Part shown: piece by piece, positions 45,595-55,593 of the stretch | Layout of the letters: every line of letters starts with the position of its first letter | How positions within the stretch are numbered: position 1 is the stretch's first letter | Source of the DNA: Rickettsiales bacterium | GTDB taxonomy: Bacteria; Pseudomonadota; Alphaproteobacteria; Rickettsiales; JAJNBL01 | Direction: 5' to 3' | NCBI GenBank assembly: GCA_021156175.1 | Contig: JAJNBL010000010.1 | Location: 19,242 to 83,241, forward strand | DNA: 64,000 nt | The notes under the pieces: model-generated | What the model saw: only the letters and a program-made list of their open reading frames with translations | Databases searched by the model: none | Told to the model about the DNA's origin: nothing | Program-made: the position numbers and the translations under genes

Positions 45595-46614
45595 CTATGA
45601 TTCGAAGATAAGTTCGGAGAGGGTAATATTTTGTGAATGGACGCCCACGAGGACAATATTGACAATACCATCGATATGGATGACTGCATTTCCTGCCGAG
45701 TTTTCACTAACCGTAGGACTATTGTTGAAATCCAGTAAGCGCAGCTTATCTTCGCCGAGTACAAAATCCGTAATAACGTCAGTTTCGACCCCGACATTGT
45801 TGATTGCTGCGTCATAGCTAAAGACATCTTCCCCAATACTGCCGCTTAGGGTATCGTTGCCCGCACTGCCTTCAATCGTGTCGTTGCCTCTTCCGCCATA
45901 AATGATGTCATTACCGCCGCCGCCTATCAGGCTATCGTAGCCTTTTTCGCCATAGATAGTATCATTGCCCTCATTGCCGTCGATCGTATCGTTCTGTTCT
46001 CCGCCATAGATAAGGTCAGCTCCACCCCCGCCTAGGACACTATCAGCGCCATTTCCGCTATAAATAAGGTCATTGCCCTCACCGCCATCTAAAATATCGC
46101 CGGCCCGACCACCAAAAATACGATCATCCCCATCGCCACCCAGGAGGGAATCGGCGCCTTTGTCTCCGTAAAGATAATCATCGCCATCCCCGCCATCGAT
46201 GGTATCATCTCCCAAATTACCCCGTAGGATGTCTGTTCCTGCTTGGCCGGATAAGAGATCATTATCTAGTCCACCAAAAATGCTATCGTTGCCTGCGCCG
46301 CCTTCAATTGTATCTACGCCTGCATTCCCATTGATGAGATCATTTCCTGCGCCACCTTGGATGGTATCGTCACCGATATCGCCATAAATAGTATCATTGC
46401 CATCATTACCAAAGAGGGAATCATTACCAAGCCCACCGCGAAGGAAATCCCGGCCGATGCCGCCATCAATCGTATCATTATCGGCGTTGCCGTAGATGAG
46501 GTCGTTCCCGGTTTCGCCGCTGATACTATCTGTGCCACTATTCCCCTGGATATCATCATCTTCGATACCACCGAGGATCGTATCTGCATTGGTTGTGCCC
46601 AGAATAATGGTCAT
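45595..46614 (-). CDS. RTX-type calcium-binding repeat protein
   Basis: Almost entirely GGxGxDxUx nonapeptides (GGAGNDLINGNAGVDTIEGGAGNDSIFGG...). The C-terminus contains DVITDFVLGEDKLRLLDF. Confidence 0.85.
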   Translation of the reverse strand: MTIILGTTNADTILGGIEDDDIQGNSGTDSISGETGNDLIYGNADNDTIDGGIGRDFLRGGLGNDSLFGNDGNDTIYGDIGDDTIQGGAGNDLINGNAGVDTIEGGAGNDSIFGGLDNDLLSGQAGTDILRGNLGDDTIDGGDGDDYLYGDKGADSLLGGDGDDRIFGGRAGDILDGGEGNDLIYSGNGADSVLGGGGADLIYGGEQNDTIDGNEGNDTIYGEKGYDSLIGGGGNDIIYGGRGNDTIEGSAGNDTLSGSIGEDVFSYDAAINNVGVETDVITDFVLGEDKLRLLDFNNSPTVSENSAGNAVIHIDGIVNIVLVGVHSQNITLSELIFES

Positions 46615-46699
46615 AAGGATACACTATGTGCTGTTGTTATCCGGTTATGCCCACAGCATAGGAAAGAAGTGCTAATTTTTGGTGAATATGAGTAGTAAG

Positions 46700-46800
46700 A
46701 AGGCTAGAGCATTTTCGCTTTAGTTCTCTACAAGGCATCCAAGGCGAGTACGGCGTAAGCGTACCTGAACGTACGTGCGCAAGTGCAAGTCCGATGGATA
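46700..46800 (-). repeat. Dispersed palindromic intergenic repeat, copy R4 (inverted orientation)
   Basis: The reverse complement reads gcgCACGTACGTTCAGGTACGCTtacgccgtactcgcc, matching the R1 core CACGTACGTTTAAGTACGCT. Confidence 0.55.
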
Positions 46801-46828
46801 ACGCTGGGAGATCTAAATGGGAAAGGCT

Positions 46829-47323
46829 CTAGATTGGTTTGTCGTTAACGGAATCCGTCTGCGCACTCCGCCAGCTTTCCAGTTTTTCTGAAAGCACGGT
46901 ATCCTGAAGACTTAAAATGGAAGCAGCGAGCAGGCCGGCATTTTTTGCTCCCGCTTTGCCGATTGCTAATGTCCCAACTGGAATTCCGCCAGGCATTTGC
47001 ACAATCGAAAGCAAACTATCCATTCCTTGCAATGCTTTGCTCTCAACCGGAACGCCAAGGACGGGAAGTGTGGTCATTGCTGCGGCCATACCCGGGAGAT
47101 GCGCGGCACCGCCGGCTCCTGCAATAATAACTTGAATCCCACGTCCTTTTGCTTCGCGTGCATAGCTGTAAAGACGTTCAGGGGTTCGATGTGCAGAGAC
47201 AATCTTCACTTCATGTGCAATGCCCAGTTCATCGAGCATTTCAGAGGCGTGCTTGAGCGTTTCCCAATCCGATTGGCTACCCATAATAACGCCTACGCGA
47301 GGAGAATTGGTGGTGCGTGTCAT
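46829..47323 (-). CDS. purE: N5-carboxyaminoimidazole ribonucleotide mutase
   Basis: [20 protein letters not shown] and [10 protein letters not shown] motifs. Confidence 0.95.
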   Translation of the reverse strand: MTRTTNSPRVGVIMGSQSDWETLKHASEMLDELGIAHEVKIVSAHRTPERLYSYAREAKGRGIQVIIAGAGGAAHLPGMAAAMTTLPVLGVPVESKALQGMDSLLSIVQMPGGIPVGTLAIGKAGAKNAGLLAASILSLQDTVLSEKLESWRSAQTDSVNDKPI

Positions 47324-47341
47324 AAGAACCTGGAGTGGGAT

Positions 47342-47542
47342 TTACGCGATGATATCAGGATAAAGTAATTTTTCGATGTAAAAGGTACGGTCACGTATCC
47401 ACAATTTACGCTTCTTCAAGCGTTGGACACGCAGTTGATCAAAGGACTCTTTGCCTGTCATGCGCTCAATTTGACGATCAAGGTCCGTATGCTCAAACCG
47501 TAATTCTTCAAGCTCTCGGCGATATTTATTCTCTTCATCCAT
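47342..47542 (-). CDS. DUF465 (YdcH-like) small protein
   Basis: 66 aa with coiled-coil LEELRFEHTDLDRQI...LRVQRLKKRKLWIRD. Confidence 0.7.
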   Translation of the reverse strand: MDEENKYRRELEELRFEHTDLDRQIERMTGKESFDQLRVQRLKKRKLWIRDRTFYIEKLLYPDIIA

Positions 47543-47691
47543 AGTTTTGCGTCAAATCGTTATTAGAACTCATGTGAATCAACCCGCTCTCCCTATTTCA
47601 CAAGAGAGAGGAAGTACCATAGCAAATTTTTCGCAAAATTGCACGGTAAAAAGCATGCGATTTTTCATGCGTGATAATGTGCGGATGATTG

Positions 47692-48288
47692 CTACACAAA
47701 TTCAGTATTACGCACTTTCCCGACCCAGCGCGTGACAAGCGAATTTTCAATTCCTAATATATCGAGTATGCGTCCGATGGAATGATTCACAATATCATCA
47801 ACGGTTTCTGGTCTTGGATAAAAGGCGGGAAGTGGCGGAGCGATGATTGCGCCCATTTCAGCTAATTGGGTAAGGTTGCGTAAATGACCCAGATGAAAGG
47901 GGGTCTCGCGTACCATTAATATAAGTGGGCGGCGTTCTTTGAGCATCACATCCGCCGCGCGCGTCAGTAAGTTATCCGTCACGCCGGTGGCAATCGCGGA
48001 CATGGTGCGCACCGAGCAGGGTGTAATCACCATTCCGAGCGTCTTAAATGAACCGCTCGCAATGGCAGCACCGATATCGGCCACCGGATAGACAACATCC
48101 GCCAGTGCCTCTACTTCTGCAATAGACCAGCTGGTTTCTTCGATAATCGTGCGTTGCCCGGATTTGCTAATAACAAGGTGGGTTTCAATGGAAACGTCCT
48201 GACGGAGGGCCTCTAAAAGCCTTATGCCGTAAATACTGCCAGAAGCACCGCTAATGCCGATAACGATTTTCTTAAACGGTGCCGGCAT
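47692..48288 (-). CDS. ubiX: Flavin prenyltransferase UbiX
   Basis: IVIGISGASGSIYGIRLLEAL and ...ITPCSVRTMSAIATG. Confidence 0.92.
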   Translation of the reverse strand: MPAPFKKIVIGISGASGSIYGIRLLEALRQDVSIETHLVISKSGQRTIIEETSWSIAEVEALADVVYPVADIGAAIASGSFKTLGMVITPCSVRTMSAIATGVTDNLLTRAADVMLKERRPLILMVRETPFHLGHLRNLTQLAEMGAIIAPPLPAFYPRPETVDDIVNHSIGRILDILGIENSLVTRWVGKVRNTEFV

Positions 48289-48393
48289 GGGAGAAAATCC
48301 ATATTTTTCAATGGGATAAGAAATCCCTTAGGTGAGAAATCATTATACTGATTTTTTATTAAAAATCTACTAAAAAACTTTTTATTTTTTTGG

Positions 48394-48450
48394 TTCGATG
48401 TCTATCGAATGATGCAATGCAATATGTTGAAATGCAATCATAATATGATT
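48394..48450. promoter_or_regulatory. Palindrome cluster in the AT-rich divergent ubiX/DUF465 intergenic region
   Basis: TTCGAT-N4-ATCGAA (48394-48409), ATGCAAT three times (48412-48438) and AATCATA-a-TATGATT (48436-48450). Confidence 0.3.
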
Positions 48451-48612
48451 ATAAATCAGAAATTGAAAGGGGGTTGACCCCTCTTGGAATACAAAAGCAG
48501 TTATGCTATACTTATTTCATGTGACAAATGCTTCTAAAAGCCCCAATTGGCGGCCTCTGGGAGGTATTTGTTATCCATCACAATATAGATTGCCAACCCC
48601 AAGGAGGTACCT

Positions 48613-48822
48613 ATGTCACTTGTTGCCCATCTTCAGACGTTGCATCATAAGCATTCCCTACTAAAAGCGCAGATTGAGGAAGCCTATTCCCATCATCTGC
48701 CGGATTTCACACTGGTCGACCTCAAAAAGCAGAAACTGCGGTTAAAAGAGGAAATCGTCCGGTTAGAAGCGATGCAGTATGAAGAACGAGCGGCAGCCTC
48801 CCTACGGAAGCAGGCAGCTTAA
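48613..48822 (+). CDS. DUF465 (YdcH-like) small protein
   Basis: 69 aa, LHHKHSLLKAQIEEA...LVDLKKQKLRLKEEI. RBS aaggagg lies upstream. Confidence 0.7.
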   Translation: MSLVAHLQTLHHKHSLLKAQIEEAYSHHLPDFTLVDLKKQKLRLKEEIVRLEAMQYEERAAASLRKQAA

Positions 48823-48859
48823 GTTTCTCCCTCTACTTTTACAAACAACACAACGAAAA

Positions 48860-48890
48860 CACCTTAAGGGAAACCTTAAGGTGTTTTTGT
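48860..48890 (+). terminator. Rho-independent terminator
   Basis: CACCTTAAGG-gaaa-CCTTAAGGTG followed by tttttgtttt. Confidence 0.7.
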
Positions 48891-48968
48891 TTTAGAGCGG
48901 TTCTAGTTGATTTTGGGTATGTAACTTATTAGTGTGTCTCTTCTCAAGTTAACCATTAGGAAAGCGAA

Positions 48969-50204
48969 ATGAAAAAGAGAACATATCAGGATATGCAAGA
49001 GGGTTCTGTTTCCACAGAAGAAGAATCGCGCCCCAATAAAAAACAACGCACGGATGATTCGGATCTTGTGTCATTTGAAAACCTCTCAGAAAAAGAAAAA
49101 CAAAATTTTTTGAAAGCGGAAAATTATAGAATATTACGAGAAACCGCAGAAAAGGGAGATGTCCAGTTATTAAAGCATTATTATGCAGCTCTCCCGTACT
49201 CGGACGGGGAAAAGGCATTGAGCGCCCGAGACTACGAGGTTTTGGGTATGGCAGCCAGGGGAGGGAGGTTAGAAGTAGTAGAGTTTTTATATGACTCTCT
49301 TCCGGCAAATCTAAGACTTCCAGCATTGCAAGCGTTGAACTATCGGATGTCACGAGAGGCTGGGTTCGGAGAAAACCTAGATATATTAGAATTTTGCTTT
49401 AGCAAGCTCTTGGATCCGGTAGAAATATTGAATGCTATACAGTCACAAAATTATGAAATCTTGGATCAGGCCGTCATCAAAGGATCTCCAGAAGTAGTAA
49501 AATTTGTCTATGATATCCTCCCTGATAACAAAAAGATTCAAGCATTACGGTTGGTAAACTGGAATAGGGCATTAGAAAATAAAAACTATTTTACGGTTAC
49601 GCTTCTTTTTGCCGAAGCAGCCACATTAAACGAGAAGTTTACTGCAAAAGCAGTAGATATAGATGCGATGATAAAGTCTTTGTCCGAGGATCAGAAGAAG
49701 AACCTTTTTGGTACGACAAACAAAAAAGATATTATTGAAAATATAGATATTTCAAAAGAAGCAATCATTGCAAAAGCAAATAAAAGGATAAGTGACTTTC
49801 CGCTCAGAAGAAAATATTCAGAAGATTTTGATTTTGTGAAGGAGTATATTGGCACTAAGAATGAAGGAACAAAAGAAAAAGCAGCAGACACACGAGTGGT
49901 AATAGCAAATATTTCCCGTCAATTTCGAGAAGTAAAAGAATTGCCTAAAGAAATTGCTGACCGAATCGTACTTGAGGCGAAGGGATGTAACACCGAAGAA
50001 AGCCGGAATTTTTGGGCAAACCGCATTAGGCCCGACGGGACTTTGGATACTGGACCCATAAATTCTTACAGTAAGATCATAGTATTACGGGAAGAAGCAA
50101 AAGCAAGAGCGACAGGGAATGCTGTGATCGAAGATAATGCAAATGCTAAAACGGCCAAGCTTCCGAATAAAACGGGGTCTCAAAGCCAGCAGAGGATAGG
50201 CTAA
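48969..50204 (+). CDS. ANK-derived helical-repeat protein P3, with the complete in-frame C-terminal module
   Basis: Repeats LSEKEKQNFLKAENYRILRETAEKGDVQLLKHYY, ARDYEVLGMAARGGRLEVVEFLYDSL, LQALNYRMSREAGFGENLDILEFCF and QSQNYEILDQAVIKGSPEVVKFVYDIL. The C-terminus aligns with P1 and P2, including FWANRI...PINSYSK. Confidence 0.75.
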   Translation: MKKRTYQDMQEGSVSTEEESRPNKKQRTDDSDLVSFENLSEKEKQNFLKAENYRILRETAEKGDVQLLKHYYAALPYSDGEKALSARDYEVLGMAARGGRLEVVEFLYDSLPANLRLPALQALNYRMSREAGFGENLDILEFCFSKLLDPVEILNAIQSQNYEILDQAVIKGSPEVVKFVYDILPDNKKIQALRLVNWNRALENKNYFTVTLLFAEAATLNEKFTAKAVDIDAMIKSLSEDQKKNLFGTTNKKDIIENIDISKEAIIAKANKRISDFPLRRKYSEDFDFVKEYIGTKNEGTKEKAADTRVVIANISRQFREVKELPKEIADRIVLEAKGCNTEESRNFWANRIRPDGTLDTGPINSYSKIIVLREEAKARATGNAVIEDNANAKTAKLPNKTGSQSQQRIG

Positions 50205-50209
50205 CAGCC

Positions 50210-50992
50210 CTATTTTTGGGCCGCCTCTTTCCATAACTCCCGAGCTTTGGCGAGTCGTATCGTGCGCGCTAGGGCATAGAGTAAACTCTCGACCACACCT
50301 TCGACTCCGAGCAGGAAATACCGCCGTAACGTATAGGCTTTCAGAAACGCGATCAGCGGTTCAATCATGATGCGAAGAGCAGAGGGCTTTCTTCCGTGCT
50401 TGAACATATCTTCCGCTTGCATGGTCGAATAGTAATTAATCTTCGTAATCGCATGGGTATATGAGCGAAAGCAGCGATGCAGTAAAATGCCTTTCAGATG
50501 CCCTGCGCGTGCGTTAGTATGCCCGTCCCTAAATACAACGGAATCATGCACGGTGCTATCTTTGAACCCCGCATACTGCTTATGATAAAAGCGGATGGGA
50601 TCATTCGATGGTGCAAGTAGCGAGGGTTTTGATGCAAAACGCGAGACGATTTTAATCGGAATCTGATATGCCTTAAATTCCGGCTCATTGCCTGCAAATA
50701 ATTGAGTCAATTCTGCTTTAAGTTTTGGGCTCACCGCTTCATCGGCATCAATATTCAACACCCACTTATTCCGGCATAGACCTTCACCAAATACTTTTTG
50801 TGGGCCATAACCTTCCCATGCGCGAAACAGCACCTGTGCGCCTAAGGATTCGCTGATTGCAACCGTGTCATCGTCACTGCCGCTATCAATCACGATCACT
50901 TCATCGACCCATCCGATCACGCTGTTGATCGAGGCGGGAATACGATCCGCTTCGTTTTTTGCAATGATGAATACAGAAATGGGAAGTGGCAT
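50210..50992 (-). CDS. Family 2 glycosyltransferase
   Basis: ISVFIIAKNEADRIP...VIDSGSDDDT...NIDADE (DXD). The start is at the internal MPLPISVF. Confidence 0.85.
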   Translation of the reverse strand: MPLPISVFIIAKNEADRIPASINSVIGWVDEVIVIDSGSDDDTVAISESLGAQVLFRAWEGYGPQKVFGEGLCRNKWVLNIDADEAVSPKLKAELTQLFAGNEPEFKAYQIPIKIVSRFASKPSLLAPSNDPIRFYHKQYAGFKDSTVHDSVVFRDGHTNARAGHLKGILLHRCFRSYTHAITKINYYSTMQAEDMFKHGRKPSALRIMIEPLIAFLKAYTLRRYFLLGVEGVVESLLYALARTIRLAKARELWKEAAQK

Positions 50993-51113
50993 AGATCGTA
51001 ACCTAAAATAACAACAATGATGCGCATGATACACGTCTTAGTTTGGCGCAGCAAGCGGGTTTCTAAGGCGTAGCTGGACTTTATAAGAAGCCTGTCGTAT
51101 AACGGCTTTCGCT

Positions 51114-52769
51114 ATGGTTAATCGTTTTCTCGATTCTTGTGTTGATTATCTTCGCGCTGCGGCATCACTGCCTGCGAAGAAACGTTATGCGCTTGTCGCA
51201 GTGTTGGGCGTATGCGCAACAGCTGCATTGCCACCGCTTCATTTATTCCCACTCCTCTTTATTGCATTCCCGGCGCTATTGTGGTTGGTCGATGCGGCTC
51301 CTTCACCCAAACAGGCTGCGCTCACCGGTTGGTGGTTCGGATTTGGGCATTGGGTAACGGGTATTTACTGGATGGCGTTCTCGTTACTTACAGAGGCCGA
51401 TAAATTCTGGTGGCTCGTGCCGCTCGCGGTGTTTGGATTATCGGCAATGCTGGGAGTTTATACGGCAATTGCCTGTATTGGATTTTATCTACTTCCCCGT
51501 TCGCTTTTCCAGAAGCTTCTTCTTTTTAGTGCGCTATGGGTGATAGTGGAAATGTTCCGCGCGCAGTTCATTATTTTCATAACATTGTACGGATTTCCAT
51601 GGAACCTGATTGGTTACGTCTGGTCCTTCTCTGATAGCATGGTGCAGTTTGCTTCGGTAACCGGGATTTATGGCTTAAGCCTGGTGACATTATTATCAGT
51701 CAGCGCGCCATTATTTTATCTCCTGCGCCATAAGGGCGAGCAGCCGACCCGAACCGCAAAAATCTTAGGGGCAGTGCTGTTAGGATTATTGCCTGTACTG
51801 GCAATTGGTGGAGCATGGCGACTTTCTACTGCGCCCGATATTGAAGAGGAGCGTAATGCGGAGCCGTTTGTGCGTCTGGTCCAGGCCAATGTCGCTGAGC
51901 ACCATCGCGGTGATATTACCAAACGCAGCATGTTGGTTGAGAAACACATAGAACTTTCATACGAACCCGGGTACGAAAAGATTAAGTACTTGGTATGGAG
52001 CGAATCATCTGCTCCATTCCTGATGAATGATGGTAGTCCGATCCTAGAAATGTTGGCGCCGATTGTTCCTGAAGGGGGGCTATTACTGACGGGTGCAATG
52101 CGAATTGTGGATGAGCCGCTGCCCGATGGGGTGAGTACCAAAGAGACACTCTATAGTACGCTTAATGCGATTGATCATCGTGGTGAGCTTATCGGAGTCT
52201 ATAATAAATACCGTTTGGTACCGTTTGGGGAATATATCCCTTGGCGCAAATGGTTGCCTTGGATTGATACGGTGGTAGGAGGTATGGATTTTTCGGAAGG
52301 GAAGGGAGCTGCGACATTACCTTTGTTAGGAAATATCCCGCCGGTTAGTCCACTGATTTGTTATGACGTGATATTTCCGCAGTCAGTGGTGGATCATCAG
52401 AACCCTCCAGGATGGATGCTCAATATCACCAACGATGCATGGTTTGAACGGAGAGCAACGATAGGAAATACGAAGCTACAATTTAGTACGGGGCCTTATC
52501 AGCATTTTGCGATGGCGCGCATGCGGGCGGTAGAGCAAGGAATTCCGTTAGTAAGAGTGGCGAATACGGGGATCTCGGCATTGGTAGATAGTTATGGTCG
52601 GGTAGTCAAAAAATTGCCTCTGGGACAAACGGGAGTGTTGGATATATCTATCCCGAGCCCGGCAAACCGTCATTCCATCTATAGTAGAGTGGGAAATATC
52701 CTGATTCTCTCTGTGGTAGTTATTTGTGGCTTATTTACATTAGTGGGTATAAAAAAACCCAATTATTAA
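51114..52769 (+). CDS. lnt: Apolipoprotein N-acyltransferase
   Basis: N-terminal polytopic domain plus a C-terminal CN-hydrolase domain (VWSESS, ...LICYDVIFP, NITNDAWF). Confidence 0.92.
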   Translation: MVNRFLDSCVDYLRAAASLPAKKRYALVAVLGVCATAALPPLHLFPLLFIAFPALLWLVDAAPSPKQAALTGWWFGFGHWVTGIYWMAFSLLTEADKFWWLVPLAVFGLSAMLGVYTAIACIGFYLLPRSLFQKLLLFSALWVIVEMFRAQFIIFITLYGFPWNLIGYVWSFSDSMVQFASVTGIYGLSLVTLLSVSAPLFYLLRHKGEQPTRTAKILGAVLLGLLPVLAIGGAWRLSTAPDIEEERNAEPFVRLVQANVAEHHRGDITKRSMLVEKHIELSYEPGYEKIKYLVWSESSAPFLMNDGSPILEMLAPIVPEGGLLLTGAMRIVDEPLPDGVSTKETLYSTLNAIDHRGELIGVYNKYRLVPFGEYIPWRKWLPWIDTVVGGMDFSEGKGAATLPLLGNIPPVSPLICYDVIFPQSVVDHQNPPGWMLNITNDAWFERRATIGNTKLQFSTGPYQHFAMARMRAVEQGIPLVRVANTGISALVDSYGRVVKKLPLGQTGVLDISIPSPANRHSIYSRVGNILILSVVVICGLFTLVGIKKPNY

Positions 52770-52910
52770 TAAGTTTCTTCTTGCATGAAGGAAAAGTAAG
52801 GTACTATAGTGCAAATAACGGTGTTATTATTATTGTATTAACACAAAAGAAATGTACGGTTGCAGTACCGTCATAGCAGAGCAATCCAACAAAGCGTTCG
52901 GTAAGATTTC

Positions 52911-53372
52911 ATGGCATTACATCCTGTAGATATTCATGTTGGTAAACGATTGCGTTCCCGTCGAGTAATGCTGGGCATGAGCCAGGAAAGCTTAGGCAAT
53001 GGCGTAGGAGTAACCTTCCAGCAAATCCAAAAGTATGAAAAAGGTTTAAACCGGGTGGGTGCAAGCCGCCTTTATGAATTTTCCCGTGTTTTAGAAGTGC
53101 CGGTAGCCTATTTCTATGAAGGGTTGACGTCATTAAGTGGGCGGGACGATATGTCACAAGCGGCATTTGCGGAAGGTTCTAGCACCTTCGAGCACGAAGA
53201 AATTACCAATAAAGAAGTACTTTCATTGGTGCGTGCATTTAATGAAATCGCAGATCCACAAGCGCGTAAGAATGTGGTGTCTTTGGTACGGTTCTTGGCG
53301 AAAACTCCAGGCGTATCACTTTCCGTTCCGCAATCTGCAGGAGTAGTGAAGGCGGAAGCGGAAGTAGACTAA
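52911..53372 (+). CDS. XRE-family helix-turn-helix transcriptional regulator
   Basis: VGKRLRSRRVMLGMSQESLGNGVGVTFQQIQKYEKGLNRVGASRLYEFSRVL. Confidence 0.85.
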   Translation: MALHPVDIHVGKRLRSRRVMLGMSQESLGNGVGVTFQQIQKYEKGLNRVGASRLYEFSRVLEVPVAYFYEGLTSLSGRDDMSQAAFAEGSSTFEHEEITNKEVLSLVRAFNEIADPQARKNVVSLVRFLAKTPGVSLSVPQSAGVVKAEAEVD

Positions 53373-53395
53373 TCTGCTTATCCCTAAAATTCTTC

Positions 53396-53432
53396 AAAAA
53401 CCAGGAAGTTTAGGCCTTCCTGGTTTTTTTTG
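53396..53432 (+). terminator. Rho-independent terminator
   Basis: aaaaa-CCAGGAAG-tttaggc-CTTCCTGG-tttttttt. Confidence 0.75.
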
Positions 53433-53529
53433 TTCCTGCACGATTACTCCTGTTAAATTCTTGTAGACATGGCAGATCACCTATACTACAGGTGTAAGAC
53501 GACGCCATCATCTTAAGAGGAGAGACATT

Positions 53530-54744
53530 GTGCCGATATCATTAGCCCAGGGTCAGAAACATTTCGTATTTACCAGTGAATCTGTATCCGAGGGCCACCC
53601 CGACAAAGTCTGTGACCAGATATCGGATGCGATTCTCGATGCGTTCCTTGCCAAAGATAATCAAGCACGTGTGGCCATTGAGACGTTAGCGACCACCAAT
53701 CGTGTCGTGATTGCCGGCGAAGTCCGGAGTCGTGAGGCATTTAACCCTGCACAGATTGAGCAGATTGCGCGCGATACGATCCGCGAAATCGGCTATGAGC
53801 AGGATGGGTTCCATTGGAAGAATGCGAAAATCGAGGTGCTGATCCATGGGCAGTCAGCAGATATCGCACAAGGCGTGGATGCGGCGGAAAATAAAGAGGA
53901 AGGCGCAGGCGATCAGGGCATTATGTTTGGTTATGCGTGCAATGAGACACCTTCGTATATGCCAGCACCTATTTTTTATGCGCACAGCATTCTAGAAGCA
54001 ATCTTCGATGATATCCGCACTGGCAAGCTCGCAGGTTTAGGCCCGGATGCAAAAAGCCAAGTGACCCTTGCATTTGAAGATGGAAAACCGGTGAAAGCAG
54101 AGACTGTTGTCGTTTCCATCCAGCATCATCCTGATATGACACAACAACAGGTGCGCGATATTGTGCGCAGCTATGTGACACGTGTGTTACCACAAGGTTG
54201 GATGTGCGATGAAAACCGTTTCTATACGAACCCAACCGGCCAGTTTATCATTGGTGGGCCGGATGGAGATTGTGGTTTAACAGGACGTAAGATCATCGTG
54301 GATACCTACGGCGGTGCAGCACCACACGGTGGTGGATGTTTCTCCGGGAAAGATCCTTCAAAAGTGGATCGTTCCGCGGCTTATATGGCGCGTTACCTCG
54401 CGAAGAACGTCGTGGCGGCGGGCTTGGCGGATGAATGCACCATTCAAATCGCTTATGCAATCGGCGTCTCCAAACCGCTGGCATTCTATGTAAATACGCA
54501 TGGAACAGGCACCTGTCCAGAATCGAGCATTGCCGCAATATTACAAGAGCTTGTGGATCTTTCTCCGCGTGGGATTCGTACCCATTTGGGATTAAACCGT
54601 CCGATCTATAAACGCACTGCGTCTTATGGGCATTTTGGCCGTAACCCTGAAAAAGATGGTGGTTTTTCATGGGAGAAACTGGATCTCGTGGAGGCACTTC
54701 TTGGTGGGCTTGATGCAAAAAAGCCTAAGCTGGCGGTGCTGTAA
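53530..54744 (+). CDS. metK: S-adenosylmethionine synthase
   Basis: [32 protein letters not shown] and [22 protein letters not shown] start 6 nt after the RBS aagaggagag. Confidence 0.97.
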   Translation: MPISLAQGQKHFVFTSESVSEGHPDKVCDQISDAILDAFLAKDNQARVAIETLATTNRVVIAGEVRSREAFNPAQIEQIARDTIREIGYEQDGFHWKNAKIEVLIHGQSADIAQGVDAAENKEEGAGDQGIMFGYACNETPSYMPAPIFYAHSILEAIFDDIRTGKLAGLGPDAKSQVTLAFEDGKPVKAETVVVSIQHHPDMTQQQVRDIVRSYVTRVLPQGWMCDENRFYTNPTGQFIIGGPDGDCGLTGRKIIVDTYGGAAPHGGGCFSGKDPSKVDRSAAYMARYLAKNVVAAGLADECTIQIAYAIGVSKPLAFYVNTHGTGTCPESSIAAILQELVDLSPRGIRTHLGLNRPIYKRTASYGHFGRNPEKDGGFSWEKLDLVEALLGGLDAKKPKLAVL

Positions 54745-54755
54745 ATTACAATTCC

Positions 54756-55529
54756 ATGCCGTCAGACACTAAGCTTTCTCCATTTGCTGATATACCGTGG
54801 ATTAAATCCTTTGCGCGCCGTAAGGGACGCGGGTTTTCTGCGCGTCAGGAAGTCTTGATGGAATCACTGTGGCCAGATGTGGTTATCGCTCCCATTCCAG
54901 AAGGATTAAAGCTGCAGGGCGTCAAAGACGGTGATACCGAAAAAGACGCGCCCTGCTTTAAAAAGCCATCCTCCTTCTTCCCCCATAATCCTGATAAAAT
55001 TTGGCTTGAGATCGGTTTTGGCGGAGGAGAGCATTTAGCGGGACTCGCCGAGCGCGACCGTTCCATCGGCTTTATTGGTTGCGAACCTTATGTGCTGGGC
55101 GCTGCAGTGTTGCTTGAGCATATTGAAGAGAAGCGCCTGGAAAATGTGCGGATATGGTCCGATGATGCGCGGTTCTTAATCGAAAAATTACCCAATGCAT
55201 CACTCGATCGTGCCTTTATTCTTTTCCCTGATCCGTGGAGAAAAACCCGGCATTATAAACGGCGGATTGTGTCGGATGCTACGCTCTCTATGCTCGCGCG
55301 CGTATTGCGCGAAGGAGCCGAATTACGTTTGGCTACTGACCATGCAGATTATGCGGACTGGATGCGCGAACATCTTGAACGCCATCCGGATTTTTCTTGG
55401 GTTCCAGGTGAAGAGGGAGGTAGTACTACACCGCCTCCGGATTGGGTCGTAACGCGCTATCAAGAGAAGGCCGCACTCGAAGGACGGGAGTCTGTATTTT
55501 TCCGCGTCGTGAGAGTAGCACAAAAATAA
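54756..55529 (+). CDS. trmB: tRNA (guanine-N7)-methyltransferase
   Basis: EIGFGGGEHL and ...LFPDPWRKTRHYKRR motifs. Confidence 0.9.
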   Translation: MPSDTKLSPFADIPWIKSFARRKGRGFSARQEVLMESLWPDVVIAPIPEGLKLQGVKDGDTEKDAPCFKKPSSFFPHNPDKIWLEIGFGGGEHLAGLAERDRSIGFIGCEPYVLGAAVLLEHIEEKRLENVRIWSDDARFLIEKLPNASLDRAFILFPDPWRKTRHYKRRIVSDATLSMLARVLREGAELRLATDHADYADWMREHLERHPDFSWVPGEEGGSTTPPPDWVVTRYQEKAALEGRESVFFRVVRVAQK

Positions 55530-55593
55530 AAACTGGTATCTTCTGGTGTTCTCTGTTAAGAACGATGGAATGCTAGGGTTGAAAGAAGGTTAC

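Noticed and set aside
45595-46614. Nucleotide-level periodicity suggesting a DNA satellite
   Set aside because: The periodicity is the 27-nt codon pattern of RTX nonapeptides. The units are diverged at the DNA level, and the ORF is intact.
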